Shown: positions 1 through 9,304 of the stretch, one piece after another
How the letters are laid out: each line of letters begins with the position of its first letter
Position numbering within the stretch: position 1 is the first letter of the stretch
From: Acaryochloris marina S15
Lineage (GTDB): Bacteria > Cyanobacteriota > Cyanobacteriia > Thermosynechococcales > Thermosynechococcaceae
Direction of reading: 5' to 3'
NCBI RefSeq assembly: GCF_018336915.1
Contig: NZ_CP064923.1
Coordinates: 5,400,001 to 5,432,000, forward strand
Length of the DNA stretch: 32,000 nt
Translations under genes and position numbers: made by a program
Notes under the pieces: generated by a model
Seen by the model: only the letters and a program-made list of their open reading frames with translations
The model's database searches: none
What the model was told of the DNA's origin: nothing

Positions 1-71
1 CCAAACTCTTCAGTGACGATGCCAAGGCGAGTGAATCAGCCATTGGTCTGCTGCTGCGGTCTATCGGTGCA

Positions 72-3000
72 ATGCCGACGGAAGCCTATAACTACTTTTT
101 ATTGGCTAACCTGTATTGGTCACAACGCCAGTTTGACCTAGCCCTGGACTTATATCGGTTTGCAGCCTGTCTAGAAGATAAGGAGCAAACCTATGGCCAC
201 AGCTATTTTCTGGCAGCTCGGGGCTGTCGACAAACGTCTGTGGCCTTACAGCTCTTACAACAACGGTGGCACCGGGACCAAAAGCAGTCGACCCGTCCTG
301 TTTATGCTTTGGCTATCGCCTATGACCATTTAGATCGCCCGTCCGAAGCCATAGAGGTTTTGGAACAAACCCAAGCCTGGCACCCGGACGATGGCGATTT
401 ACTGTTATATCGGGCCAAGTACCTGGGCGAGCATGGTCAGTTTGCCCAAGCCCATACCCTGCTAGACGAGGCCAAAGCCAAAACAGCCCATAGTCATTGG
501 TTAAGTACGGCTGCCAAACTCGCGCAGTTTGAATACAAGCCTGACAAAGCCCTCGACCTATGGCAACAGCTCGTCACAGCCGATCCTTTGGATATCGAGG
601 CGAATCGCGCTGTCAGTCAACTGTTAGCAGAACAGGAAGGAGTCACTGCCGCCCGTGAGTTTTTAGCAGCCACCTGCAGCACCTTCCCTGACCATGCCGG
701 GTTACATCACCTCTGGTATGAACAGGTGCAAGAGGGAGATCCGATCGTCGCAGAACAGGTGCTGCAACGACTGGTGGAGATTAACCCTAAAGACGCTTGG
801 TCCTGGCGACAGATTGCCTGGCAATTGGGTCGACAACAGCAGCTAGAGGCAGCATTTGAAACCTGCGAAACCGCTCAGCACCTAGATCCTCACAGCACGG
901 CCTATTTCACCATCTATGGGTGTCTCTGCATTTTGGCAAAAGACATGCCCACCGCTAAGACCGCGTTTAAAGAGGCGATTCAACGGTCTGTAGACTCTAG
1001 CCGAGCCATCTCAGAACTGATGGATATTTGCCAGTCCATAGAAGAACAAAAAGACGTTCTCGACTTTATCTTTCAAGAGTTTCAGCAACAGGTGATTACG
1101 GGGGATAGCCTGTTCACCTTTTATCAATACGCTCGCACTGTCTTGACGCCCGCAGACTTTGATCAACGCATACAAGAAGTTCATGCCGCTCGGCCCGATT
1201 TATGGCAGGCCTGGACCGTCAGGAGTCGGCAGCTCCTCAGCAGCGACCGAACAACGGAAGCCTTGGCAATTGCAGGGGAAGCAGCGGAGCGCTTTCCCCT
1301 CTTACCCAGAGTTTGGGTGGATTTAGCGATCGTGCATCGTACCCGCAAGGATGATGAGGCAGAAGAACAAGCCCTGCAAACCGCTTTACGAATTAATCCC
1401 GGGTGGGACAGCGCCATTCAACAGTTGGCGGATCTTTATGACCGCACTGATGCTCTAGACAAATGCAAAGCCCTGTTAGAAACAGCCCTGATGCATTCAC
1501 CCCTGGAGGCCTATCTTCATGGCTATCTTGCAGATGCACTGTGGAAACTGGATGGCCAAGAGACCGCACTGCAGCACTTACAGAAGGCCCTTCGCCTTGA
1601 TTCTAACTATGACTGGGGATGGAACAAGTTAAGAGAATGGGCTCAAGCATTGGAGCGTCTGCATCTAACCGCAGATCTGGCTCGGGAGCTAACAGTCACT
1701 CGATCGGGAGAGGCCCAATCCTGGTTGCGGTTAGCTGAGCACCTGGCCGAGGAGGACACGCTGGATGAACGGCTTGCTGCTGTAGATCAGGCGATTGAGC
1801 TCAATCCTTGCTATTGGGATGCCTATGATTTGAAGGCTCGGGTGTTGGCAGCCGCGGAGCGATTTGAGGATGCGATCGCAACCTGTACTCCCACCCAATT
1901 AGATGATGACTTACCCGTATCCTTGGCAGCTCGGGCCGCTTGGATTAAATACCAGCAAGGCAAGTTTGACGAGGCCATCCAAGACATGCAGGCTGTGGTT
2001 GCCAAAGACCCTGGCTATTATGCGGGATGGTATACCCTGGCCGATTGGTATCGGCAACAAAACAACCTAGAAGGATATCTAACTGCAGCGCAACAGCTGG
2101 TGCGGCTAGCTCCCAAAGATGCCATTTCGTGGGGATATCAGGGAGACGCTAAACACAAAACAGGGGATCGGTTAGGCGCGAAAGCAGATTTTCGCAAAGC
2201 CTTTGAACTAGATCCTGAATATAGCTTTGCAGGGTTGAGTCTATTTGATCTGGAATTAGAGGGCCTGGAGACTGAGTCAGCAGCAAAGACCCTAGCTCAA
2301 TTAAGGGAGCAGGATAATGATGAATTTGTCTTGGCTCGTACCGTCCAGTTAGCAGCCAGACAAAATGACCTTAGTACTGCCACTCAAACCTTAGAGAAAC
2401 TGTGTCTCTATCCCTGCGACTCTGAATGGCCCTTGAACACAGCCGTTGAGACTATGATTGCGGCTAATTGGACCACTCAAGCCCAAACCATTTTATTTGA
2501 CGCCTTCCCTCAGCCCAAGGTCTATCCACAGGTCGGGCATCACTGGGTCTATTGTTGTGTCAAGCTGAAGCAGCAGAAATTTTGCCAGAAGCAATTACGT
2601 AAGTTCCATCCTGAAAATCCAGTCCAAAGACAGGCACTGATCACCTATATCCGAATTTTGTCTTATCGCAATTCTTCCGCTCCCCTGATGAAGTTTCTTA
2701 GGGCGAACCGTGACGTCTTGAGATCGCACACTGAAACCTGGGGCATCGTGGGGTATGCCTTATCAGAACGGAAAGAGCACAAAATCAATCTCAAATGGTT
2801 ATCCGATTGGAAAAATCGTAGTGAGGTGCAGCCTTGGATGCTACTCAATCTGGTTCAATCATTCCAAGCAACCAAGGATCCTGCTAACGCTATCCCAGTC
2901 AGTCAATATGCCCTCACACTCCCAGACGATGATGGCACCCCAGTCCATCGGCTCTGGTTAGCTTATGCAGCGAGCTATGAAGGGCAGACTGCCAAAGCCA

Positions 3001-3353
3001 GTCAATATTTGCAGGACATTAATCCACAATATTTGGAAAAGGAATATCTGTTTCTTCAATATCTAGTGAAAGCCAATCTGGCGATTGACTGCCAAGAACT
3101 GCCCCGTCATCAGCGTATGGAACAAGCCAAGTTACATGTCCAGCAAGCGATGGCTGTGCATCCCGAGTTTCGAAGTCGTTTTTATTGGCAGCATGTTTTT
3201 TCGAATAGCGTGTGGAGAATTGCTAAACGGCGTCAAAGTATCAGCGGTTATATCTGGGCTCTCTCCCAAAGCATTCCACCCGATATCTTCTGGGCCATTA
3301 TCTATCTACTGGGAACGTTCTTTTTTCTCATCCTCAAAATTATGAATCCGTGA
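72..3353 (+). CDS. Large TPR-repeat protein with C-terminal membrane anchor (5' end may lie outside the window)
   Basis: 1093-codon ORF with recurrent TPR-like helical pairs (e.g. AYNYFLLANLYWSQRQFDLALDLYRFA; AWSWRQIAWQLGRQQQLEAAFETCETAQHLDP; GWYTLADWYRQQNNLEGYLTAAQQLVRLAP). Hydrophobic C-terminus IFWAIIYLLGTFFFLILKI. The same frame has no stop from nt 3, so the true start could be upstream of the window. Confidence 0.8.
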   Translation: MPTEAYNYFLLANLYWSQRQFDLALDLYRFAACLEDKEQTYGHSYFLAARGCRQTSVALQLLQQRWHRDQKQSTRPVYALAIAYDHLDRPSEAIEVLEQTQAWHPDDGDLLLYRAKYLGEHGQFAQAHTLLDEAKAKTAHSHWLSTAAKLAQFEYKPDKALDLWQQLVTADPLDIEANRAVSQLLAEQEGVTAAREFLAATCSTFPDHAGLHHLWYEQVQEGDPIVAEQVLQRLVEINPKDAWSWRQIAWQLGRQQQLEAAFETCETAQHLDPHSTAYFTIYGCLCILAKDMPTAKTAFKEAIQRSVDSSRAISELMDICQSIEEQKDVLDFIFQEFQQQVITGDSLFTFYQYARTVLTPADFDQRIQEVHAARPDLWQAWTVRSRQLLSSDRTTEALAIAGEAAERFPLLPRVWVDLAIVHRTRKDDEAEEQALQTALRINPGWDSAIQQLADLYDRTDALDKCKALLETALMHSPLEAYLHGYLADALWKLDGQETALQHLQKALRLDSNYDWGWNKLREWAQALERLHLTADLARELTVTRSGEAQSWLRLAEHLAEEDTLDERLAAVDQAIELNPCYWDAYDLKARVLAAAERFEDAIATCTPTQLDDDLPVSLAARAAWIKYQQGKFDEAIQDMQAVVAKDPGYYAGWYTLADWYRQQNNLEGYLTAAQQLVRLAPKDAISWGYQGDAKHKTGDRLGAKADFRKAFELDPEYSFAGLSLFDLELEGLETESAAKTLAQLREQDNDEFVLARTVQLAARQNDLSTATQTLEKLCLYPCDSEWPLNTAVETMIAANWTTQAQTILFDAFPQPKVYPQVGHHWVYCCVKLKQQKFCQKQLRKFHPENPVQRQALITYIRILSYRNSSAPLMKFLRANRDVLRSHTETWGIVGYALSERKEHKINLKWLSDWKNRSEVQPWMLLNLVQSFQATKDPANAIPVSQYALTLPDDDGTPVHRLWLAYAASYEGQTAKASQYLQDINPQYLEKEYLFLQYLVKANLAIDCQELPRHQRMEQAKLHVQQAMAVHPEFRSRFYWQHVFSNSVWRIAKRRQSISGYIWALSQSIPPDIFWAIIYLLGTFFFLILKIMNP

Positions 3354-3438
3354 ATTCGGCAGTTACCTCCTACCCCTTGGCCCTGGCACAATCCCTAGGG
3401 CATACATCAGCTAGTCCGGTGACAGGATCAATGGCAGA

Positions 3439-4599
3439 TCAGTGTCGCTGGGCAGCAGTCATAGGGATTTGCAGCTGAGCTTGTAAAGGCTGATCGGATT
3501 CAATGACTAACCCTTGGCCTCCCTGTTGGTGACCATTTGCAGTATTAGGATGCGGCCAAAATAGCCAACAACTTCCTGGCGGTAATGCTGATATACCACT
3601 CGGATCAGCCGTCAGCCAGACAACAGACTGTTGGGGAAGCGGCGCAACCGTCACTTCTCCGGCTTGCACTTGGGCGAGGGTTTCTAAGATGGCTTGTCGC
3701 CCCGTTTGCAACCCGATCTGGGCCGTCCATAGCTGCACCTGATCTTGATGCTTTTGGCCGTAAGCATAGAGAGACGCTGCGGCAATGACCGCTTGTTCAA
3801 ACTGATCAGACTGCCAGTTACCAGAACTATCCAAAGCAATGACCAGGGTTTGCCCCCCCGCAAACATTTCCAGCTCGCGAATGCGCAGTTCATTATGGCG
3901 GGCACTGGTGCGCCAATGGACCAGTCGCAGAGGGTCACCCCAGCGATAGGGGCGAATTGACCGAGTTACCCCTTCATTATTGTTGTGGGGACCAATCTGT
4001 TGGGCTTGACGCTGGCGATCTTGCTCATGACCTGAATGATCTAGCAGGGGGCATTGCTGTAAGGGCAAGATTTGGGGATAGACAATCGCCTTGGCCTTGA
4101 CGGGGCGACTCCGGCGACACCAAAACAGTCCTAAGGGTGCCGCACTTCGCAACTGTACATTTTGCCAACGATAGACCCCCCTTTGTTCCGGTTGAAGGGT
4201 ATAGGTCCAGGTGTGGGTCGCTTGGGAAGGAATATCAGCAATGCTGTGAGCGGTGACGGCTCCCAGATTTTTGGGTGGGTGGTCCTGGACCTGTAACAGG
4301 GACTTCGCAGATTTGGTCGAGTTAGACAGCTTTAACCCTAAATTCAGGGATTCACCCACACTAACGGGCACTAGGGGCAGTCGCTCCACCTCCAACCCTT
4401 GCAAAGACTTAATCGGTAAAACGGCAGAGACCAATAACAGCCCTAACCCCAGTCCCCCTAGAACGTATAACCAGCCCGCTAGGGTATTCGCCGCAGCTAG
4501 CAAAAAAAATGTCGTGAGGCCCAAGATTACCCAACCCGCATAGGCTGGCACGGCCCAATGGGTTTCTAACCAAGAAGCGAGTTTATGGATGAGATGCAT
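3439..4599 (-). CDS. DUF58 domain protein (vWA-like, N-terminal double transmembrane segment)
   Basis: 386-aa ORF. N-terminal hydrophobic stretch WAVPAYAGWVILGLTTFFLLAAANTLAGWLYVLGGLGLGLLLVSAVL. Characteristic DUF58 motif RPYRWGDPLRLVHWRTSARHNELRIRELE. Confidence 0.8.
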   Translation of the reverse strand: MHLIHKLASWLETHWAVPAYAGWVILGLTTFFLLAAANTLAGWLYVLGGLGLGLLLVSAVLPIKSLQGLEVERLPLVPVSVGESLNLGLKLSNSTKSAKSLLQVQDHPPKNLGAVTAHSIADIPSQATHTWTYTLQPEQRGVYRWQNVQLRSAAPLGLFWCRRSRPVKAKAIVYPQILPLQQCPLLDHSGHEQDRQRQAQQIGPHNNNEGVTRSIRPYRWGDPLRLVHWRTSARHNELRIRELEMFAGGQTLVIALDSSGNWQSDQFEQAVIAAASLYAYGQKHQDQVQLWTAQIGLQTGRQAILETLAQVQAGEVTVAPLPQQSVVWLTADPSGISALPPGSCWLFWPHPNTANGHQQGGQGLVIESDQPLQAQLQIPMTAAQRH

Positions 4600-4629
4600 A
4601 GGGAAGGGGGCTGCAGCAATCAGGCCAGT

Positions 4630-6033
4630 TTAAAGGGTCCTGTCTTGAGCATTCCCTACAGCCGTTGACCAAGAAACACCCCGAATCGAGCAATCTAGCA
4701 GCTGCATAGGATGGAGCACAGGAGTCGTATGGTCCTGTTCATCTAAATGTTTGCGAATCTGCATGGTACAGCCCACATTAGCTGAGGCAATTAAGGTGGC
4801 CCCCGTTTGGGTGAGGTTCTGCACTTTTTGCTGCCCTAATTCTTCCGCGATTTCCGGTTGGAGAATGTTGTAGACCCCAGCACTGCCACAACAGAGAAAG
4901 GCATCCCGGGGTTCCCGGAGTTCTATACCGGGGATTTGCTGCAGGAGACGGCGGGGCTGCGCCTGAATTTTCTGGCCATGCAGCATATGGCAGGCATCTT
5001 GATAGACGACAGCCAGGGGGTCTGACTGCAGGGGAGACAAAGAGGTGGTTAAGCCTACTTCATCCAGGAATTCTTGGACATCTTTGACTTGGTGGGCAAA
5101 GGCTTGGGCGCGTTCGCCATAGGCGGCATCGTCCTGCAAGATTTGGCCATATTCCTTGAGGGTATGGCCACAGCCCGACGCATTGACAATTACAGCATCC
5201 AAGTCCGTATCAGCAAAACTATCTATCATCTGCCGGGCCAAATCTTGGGCCTGCTCAACTTGGCCTTGGTGGTGGGGAAGGGCAGCACAACAACCCTGAC
5301 TTTTGGGAATCACCACTTCGCAGCCATTTGCCGTCAACACGCGAATGGTAGCTCGATTGACTTCAGACAAAAAGAGCCGCTGGATACAGCCCAAAATCAG
5401 GCCCACACGATAGCGGCGTTTTCCCTGGGCAGGAAAGATTTCAGGTTCTGGATCCGCAAACGCTTGGGATTCAATTTGAGGAAGCAGGGACTCCATCGCA
5501 ACGAGGGATTTGGGCAAGACTCGTTCCAGCAGCCCCGACTGGCGCACCATCGTTTGCAAGCCTAGTTTCTGGTAGAGCTGCAATGGTCCTAACAGTCGTC
5601 GTAATCGCTGAGGGTAGGGCAGTAACGAAAACAGCATTTTCCGCAGTAATCGCTGAGGCAAGCTACGTTGATAGTTCTGTTCAATCTGGGCTCGGGTTGA
5701 GGTAATCAGCTGGTCATACTCGACCCCAGATGGACAAGTGGTCACACAGGCCAAACAGCCTAAGCAGGTATCAAAATGGCCAACGGCAGCGTCCGTCAGG
5801 GTAAAGTCGCCCTGGTTGAGACCGTTCATTAGATAGACTCGACCCCGAGGAGAATCGGTTTCTTTACCAATCACCCGGTAGCTGGGGCAGGTGGACAGAC
5901 AAAACCCGCAATGAACACAGCTATCGATCAAAGACTGTTCAGGGGATGCAGAGGGCTTCGCTGGCTGCTCGGGCCGATCCACGTTCGCAGCAGTCACCTG
6001 CAAAGAGCTGGGTGATTCAGAAGTAGTCATCAA
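4630..6033 (-). CDS. glcF: Glycolate oxidase/dehydrogenase iron-sulfur subunit (Fe-S + CCG domains)
   Basis: Two ferredoxin-type clusters (CVHCGFCLSTCPSY, CLGCLACVTTCPSG). Two cysteine-rich CCG-type motifs (SQGCCAALPHH, FLCCGSAGVY). Start overlaps the glcE stop by 4 nt. Confidence 0.85.
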   Translation of the reverse strand: MMTTSESPSSLQVTAANVDRPEQPAKPSASPEQSLIDSCVHCGFCLSTCPSYRVIGKETDSPRGRVYLMNGLNQGDFTLTDAAVGHFDTCLGCLACVTTCPSGVEYDQLITSTRAQIEQNYQRSLPQRLLRKMLFSLLPYPQRLRRLLGPLQLYQKLGLQTMVRQSGLLERVLPKSLVAMESLLPQIESQAFADPEPEIFPAQGKRRYRVGLILGCIQRLFLSEVNRATIRVLTANGCEVVIPKSQGCCAALPHHQGQVEQAQDLARQMIDSFADTDLDAVIVNASGCGHTLKEYGQILQDDAAYGERAQAFAHQVKDVQEFLDEVGLTTSLSPLQSDPLAVVYQDACHMLHGQKIQAQPRRLLQQIPGIELREPRDAFLCCGSAGVYNILQPEIAEELGQQKVQNLTQTGATLIASANVGCTMQIRKHLDEQDHTTPVLHPMQLLDCSIRGVSWSTAVGNAQDRTL

Positions 6034-7373
6034 ATTCCACCAACGAAACGATCGGGATTCAAAATATTGTGAGGGTCAAATTGCTGCTTGAGCTGTTTCA
6101 TACTGGCGAGGGCGTTGCCAGGATATCCCCATACATCCAGGCTGCGCTTCAGTGCTGGCGGCGCGTCTAAAACCGTTAAAAATCCTTGGGCATTTTGACA
6201 GTGGGATCGCAACTCCCGGATCCATTCAACCCCAGGGGAGGGGTCCTTGCCTATGCCTTCCTGTTCTAATCGCAAAACTCCCGTGCCGCTCCCCGCATAA
6301 ATTCGTCCCCAACCGTCAATCTTCTGTTGTTGGCAATACTGATCAAACTGGGCCAGAAATTTGGAGGATTGAGCAGGCAGCACGCCAAATTTGCACACTA
6401 GGGCTGATGATTGAGGCGTTTGCCAAAACTGCTGGGTGAGCTGTTGCCAAAAGTCTATATCTGGGTCGGCGGAGAGGGTGATACTAGATAATCCTTGGGC
6501 CTGTTGCAGGATGCGATCGCACTGGGCTACCACACTCTCTTCTAAACTTTGGAAGCGCACCGCTAAGACCAGCTCACCGTCTACCGTCCCTGGAGGCAAG
6601 ACTGCAGGAGAGAGCAAATCCACCGCCATTGGGGTCAAGGTACTTCTGAGTAAGGTTCGGGTCAGCTCAGTAATTTGGGATTCAGTGCCACCAACCACCA
6701 CCGTTGCCGACGCTTCCGGCAGGGGATAGAGACGCAGGGTGACCTCAGAAATCACCCCCAAGGTGCCAAAGGCCCCAGTCATTAACTTCATTAAGTCGTA
6801 ACCGGCCACATTTTTGACGACTCGACCGCCTGCCTTGGCCGATTGTCCGTCCGCCCGCATAAAGGTAATGCCAATACACATATCCCTTAAACTGCCGTAG
6901 CGATGCCGTAAGCTGCCGCCATCACGGGTGGCGATCAGTCCTCCCAGGGTTGCCGTTTGAGGATAGGCCGGATCCAGGGCAACATATTGTCGGAACGTCG
7001 CTAATTCAGCCTGCAGGGTGGCCAAAGAGAGTCCGGCTTCCACGGTTACGGTTAAGTCACCCGTCGCATGGGCCACCACTCGATTGAGGCGCTGGGTACA
7101 GACCACCAAGTCAATCTGCTGGGTGAGGCCGCCCCAGTGGAGTTTGCTGGCTTGACCACATACCAATAGTCGCCAGCGCTGTTGATGGGCAACCGCCATC
7201 ACGGCAGCTAATTCGGGTTGGGTCCGAGGGTAAACAATATGGGTCGGCAGGGAAGCTTGATCAAAAATCTGTTCGGAGGGAGAGAGCAGGGCGGTCTCAG
7301 ATAACAGCAAGACCTGCTCAGGGCCAACAATCGGGATCAGTTGTTGGGAAAGCGCAGCAGTTGATAGAACCAC
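6030..7373 (-). CDS. glcE: Glycolate oxidase FAD-binding subunit (PCMH-type FAD-binding oxidoreductase)
   Basis: 447-aa ORF with FAD-binding-4-like region (VVCTQRLNRVVAHATGDLTVTVEAGLSLATLQAEL; GGRVVKNVAGYDLMKLMTGAFGTLGVISEVTLRLYPLP). Immediately upstream of and translationally coupled (ATGA overlap) to glcF. Confidence 0.8.
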   Translation of the reverse strand: MVLSTAALSQQLIPIVGPEQVLLLSETALLSPSEQIFDQASLPTHIVYPRTQPELAAVMAVAHQQRWRLLVCGQASKLHWGGLTQQIDLVVCTQRLNRVVAHATGDLTVTVEAGLSLATLQAELATFRQYVALDPAYPQTATLGGLIATRDGGSLRHRYGSLRDMCIGITFMRADGQSAKAGGRVVKNVAGYDLMKLMTGAFGTLGVISEVTLRLYPLPEASATVVVGGTESQITELTRTLLRSTLTPMAVDLLSPAVLPPGTVDGELVLAVRFQSLEESVVAQCDRILQQAQGLSSITLSADPDIDFWQQLTQQFWQTPQSSALVCKFGVLPAQSSKFLAQFDQYCQQQKIDGWGRIYAGSGTGVLRLEQEGIGKDPSPGVEWIRELRSHCQNAQGFLTVLDAPPALKRSLDVWGYPGNALASMKQLKQQFDPHNILNPDRFVGGI

Positions 7374-7595
7374 AATAAACGGCGTGATAAGTCAGCGGGA
7401 GTTGAGCAGTTTAATCAAACTGTTTATCCACCATAAACGGTATCCCAGACTGCAGACAAATCAATTAACCTGCCCAATCGGATCAGCGGCCAGACTTAGC
7501 ACCCAGAGATCGTCTAAGTCATCCTGTTTAGCCAGCCTTACCCACCACTAAAACGTCATTCCCCTAGACTTGAGTGGTTTTCGCATCCAGCCCCG

Positions 7596-7877
7596 TTATT
7601 CGTATTGAAAGTTGCCCACCAGGGGGAACTCATACTGAAGATCGCCACTTAACGTATATTCATAATCTGGGTTAAAGGCTTCATCATTCAGCAGGTAGTA
7701 ATGATAAAAGCCAGGGTGGGGGTAACTACTGTTGAAGAAACCCGCCGAAGGAATAAAGAAGGGAATCGGCGAGACTGAATTGGTAGGGAAACCAAAAACG
7801 ACCTGGGTTTGAGCAGCCGCCGCAGTGGGTAAGCACACAAGGGCTAGACTAGCCAGGGCAAGCATCGTGAATTTCAT
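7596..7877 (-). CDS. Small secreted aromatic-rich hypothetical protein
   Basis: 93-aa ORF with signal-peptide-like N-terminus MKFTMLALASLALVCLPTAAAAQ. No recognisable domain. Confidence 0.5.
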   Translation of the reverse strand: MKFTMLALASLALVCLPTAAAAQTQVVFGFPTNSVSPIPFFIPSAGFFNSSYPHPGFYHYYLLNDEAFNPDYEYTLSGDLQYEFPLVGNFQYE

Positions 7878-8157
7878 GACAGGTCCCTTCTCAGTAGGAA
7901 GTAACGATAAGCAATAAGGCCCAACACCTCAACCGAGATCATAAGGACTCATAAACCTTAAATTTTTTCTCTGACCAAAAAACTTAAGCATCTAGCCATT
8001 TCATTCATTAAATTAGATAAGAAATAGCACAGAACGCTTTAGCTTTGATCGTACCTAAAGCTTATCGTCAACTGAGTTAGCCATGTAATCTAGGCAACAA
8101 ATATCAGCATGGATGTAAAGAAAAGTAAATCTAAGGCAAGACATGTAAAGCGACTCT

Positions 8158-8182
8158 GCTCTACCTCTTGCAGAGATAGAGC
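8158..8182 (-). terminator. Stem-loop downstream of the 8217..8930 gene (possible terminator, no U-tract)
   Basis: gctctacctct-tgc-agagatagagc gives an 11-bp stem with one mismatch and a 3-nt loop. It lies ~35 nt past the stop of the minus-strand gene. No T-run follows on either strand. Confidence 0.3.
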
Positions 8183-8216
8183 CTACAAAGCTGATTTCAT
8201 CAAGACTTGAGCTACT

Positions 8217-8930
8217 TTAGGGATAGTTAAAGTCAGCATTCACATCAGGCTGAGCTAACGGATCCCCCGGCAGAACTTGAGACAAGGCCGCAACATCATC
8301 TTCTTCAGCAGGTAAGCACACCTTGGTCGCCCAAGTCCCTACATACTGAGTCACTCGCAATGTCCGGCCCGGCTCAATTTTCATCCGGTCGATTTTGGCT
8401 TTAGACAAGCTGGTGACCAATCGTTCACCTGTGGGGGACACCAGACCCAACTTATTCTCTTCCACCACAATCACCGTCCCCTCAAAGACCCGGCGCACGC
8501 GGGCCGAGTCTAACTTAACGATCTGGTCATTGCCATTGACATCAAACCCCACCAAGCTGCCACGGCGGAAGGTTTGAGTCGCACCGTTGGCCGCCACTTT
8601 ATAGGTTCGAGCCGTACCATCGATTAAGCGCACCGACAGCTGATCGCCTTTTAAGGAACGGACTAATCCATATTGACTCAAAATTTCGGTGGGTCTAACG
8701 GAAGGCGTCGTTAAGGCAGTTTGGGTGGTGTCGGGAGCAGCCTCGGGCGGATTGACCGGTATCGTGACTGGCTCAAACGGTCCCAAGACCTCGGCATCGC
8801 GAGAAAAATTGTTGGCAATGGACGCTGAGTCCTCTGTCACTAGATCCCTGGCTTGGGCATGGCTGGCAACGGTTGCACTGATCAGTGTGAGGCAAATGAT
8901 GGAAGATGAAGCGAGGGATTTTACCAGCAT
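8217..8930 (-). CDS. Secreted hypothetical protein
   Basis: 237-aa ORF. Signal-peptide-like N-terminus MLVKSLASSSIICLTLISATVASHAQA, then a Pro/Thr-rich linker and a beta-rich C-terminal region. No family recognised. Confidence 0.6.
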   Translation of the reverse strand: MLVKSLASSSIICLTLISATVASHAQARDLVTEDSASIANNFSRDAEVLGPFEPVTIPVNPPEAAPDTTQTALTTPSVRPTEILSQYGLVRSLKGDQLSVRLIDGTARTYKVAANGATQTFRRGSLVGFDVNGNDQIVKLDSARVRRVFEGTVIVVEENKLGLVSPTGERLVTSLSKAKIDRMKIEPGRTLRVTQYVGTWATKVCLPAEEDDVAALSQVLPGDPLAQPDVNADFNYP

Positions 8931-9304
8931 TTCTTTGCCGCCTTGACCAATTTAAAGGTTTACTTAAAAATTGCGATAAAACTGAATTTTGTGAAGGAGA
9001 AATTGTTAATAATTCCTCAATTTTTCGAACTTGAAGCAATTTTTTATATCAAAAGAATACCCTATTCAACAAAAGAACAGCAAGGGACTTATTCGGGCTG
9101 CAGACAGCAAAATTGGGGTTGGAATTCATTTTTTACAGGTTTATCCCGAAATTTCGGGGTTCCCTGGTTTTTGGAGTTTTTACAAACTGATCACAAAAGC
9201 TTAAAGAAATGGGATCGCATTTTATGGGACCTTAATTAGCAACACAGCAGTTCGAGATCTTCTCACCTCTGCTAGATTGCTCCAGACACGGGTAAACAAG
9301 GGCT

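Noticed and set aside
8943-9239. 98-aa plus-strand ORF in the AT-rich gap upstream of acs.
   Set aside because: It has low-complexity AT-rich sequence, a K/F/I/L-rich product, no start context and no motif. It is most likely intergenic or regulatory DNA.
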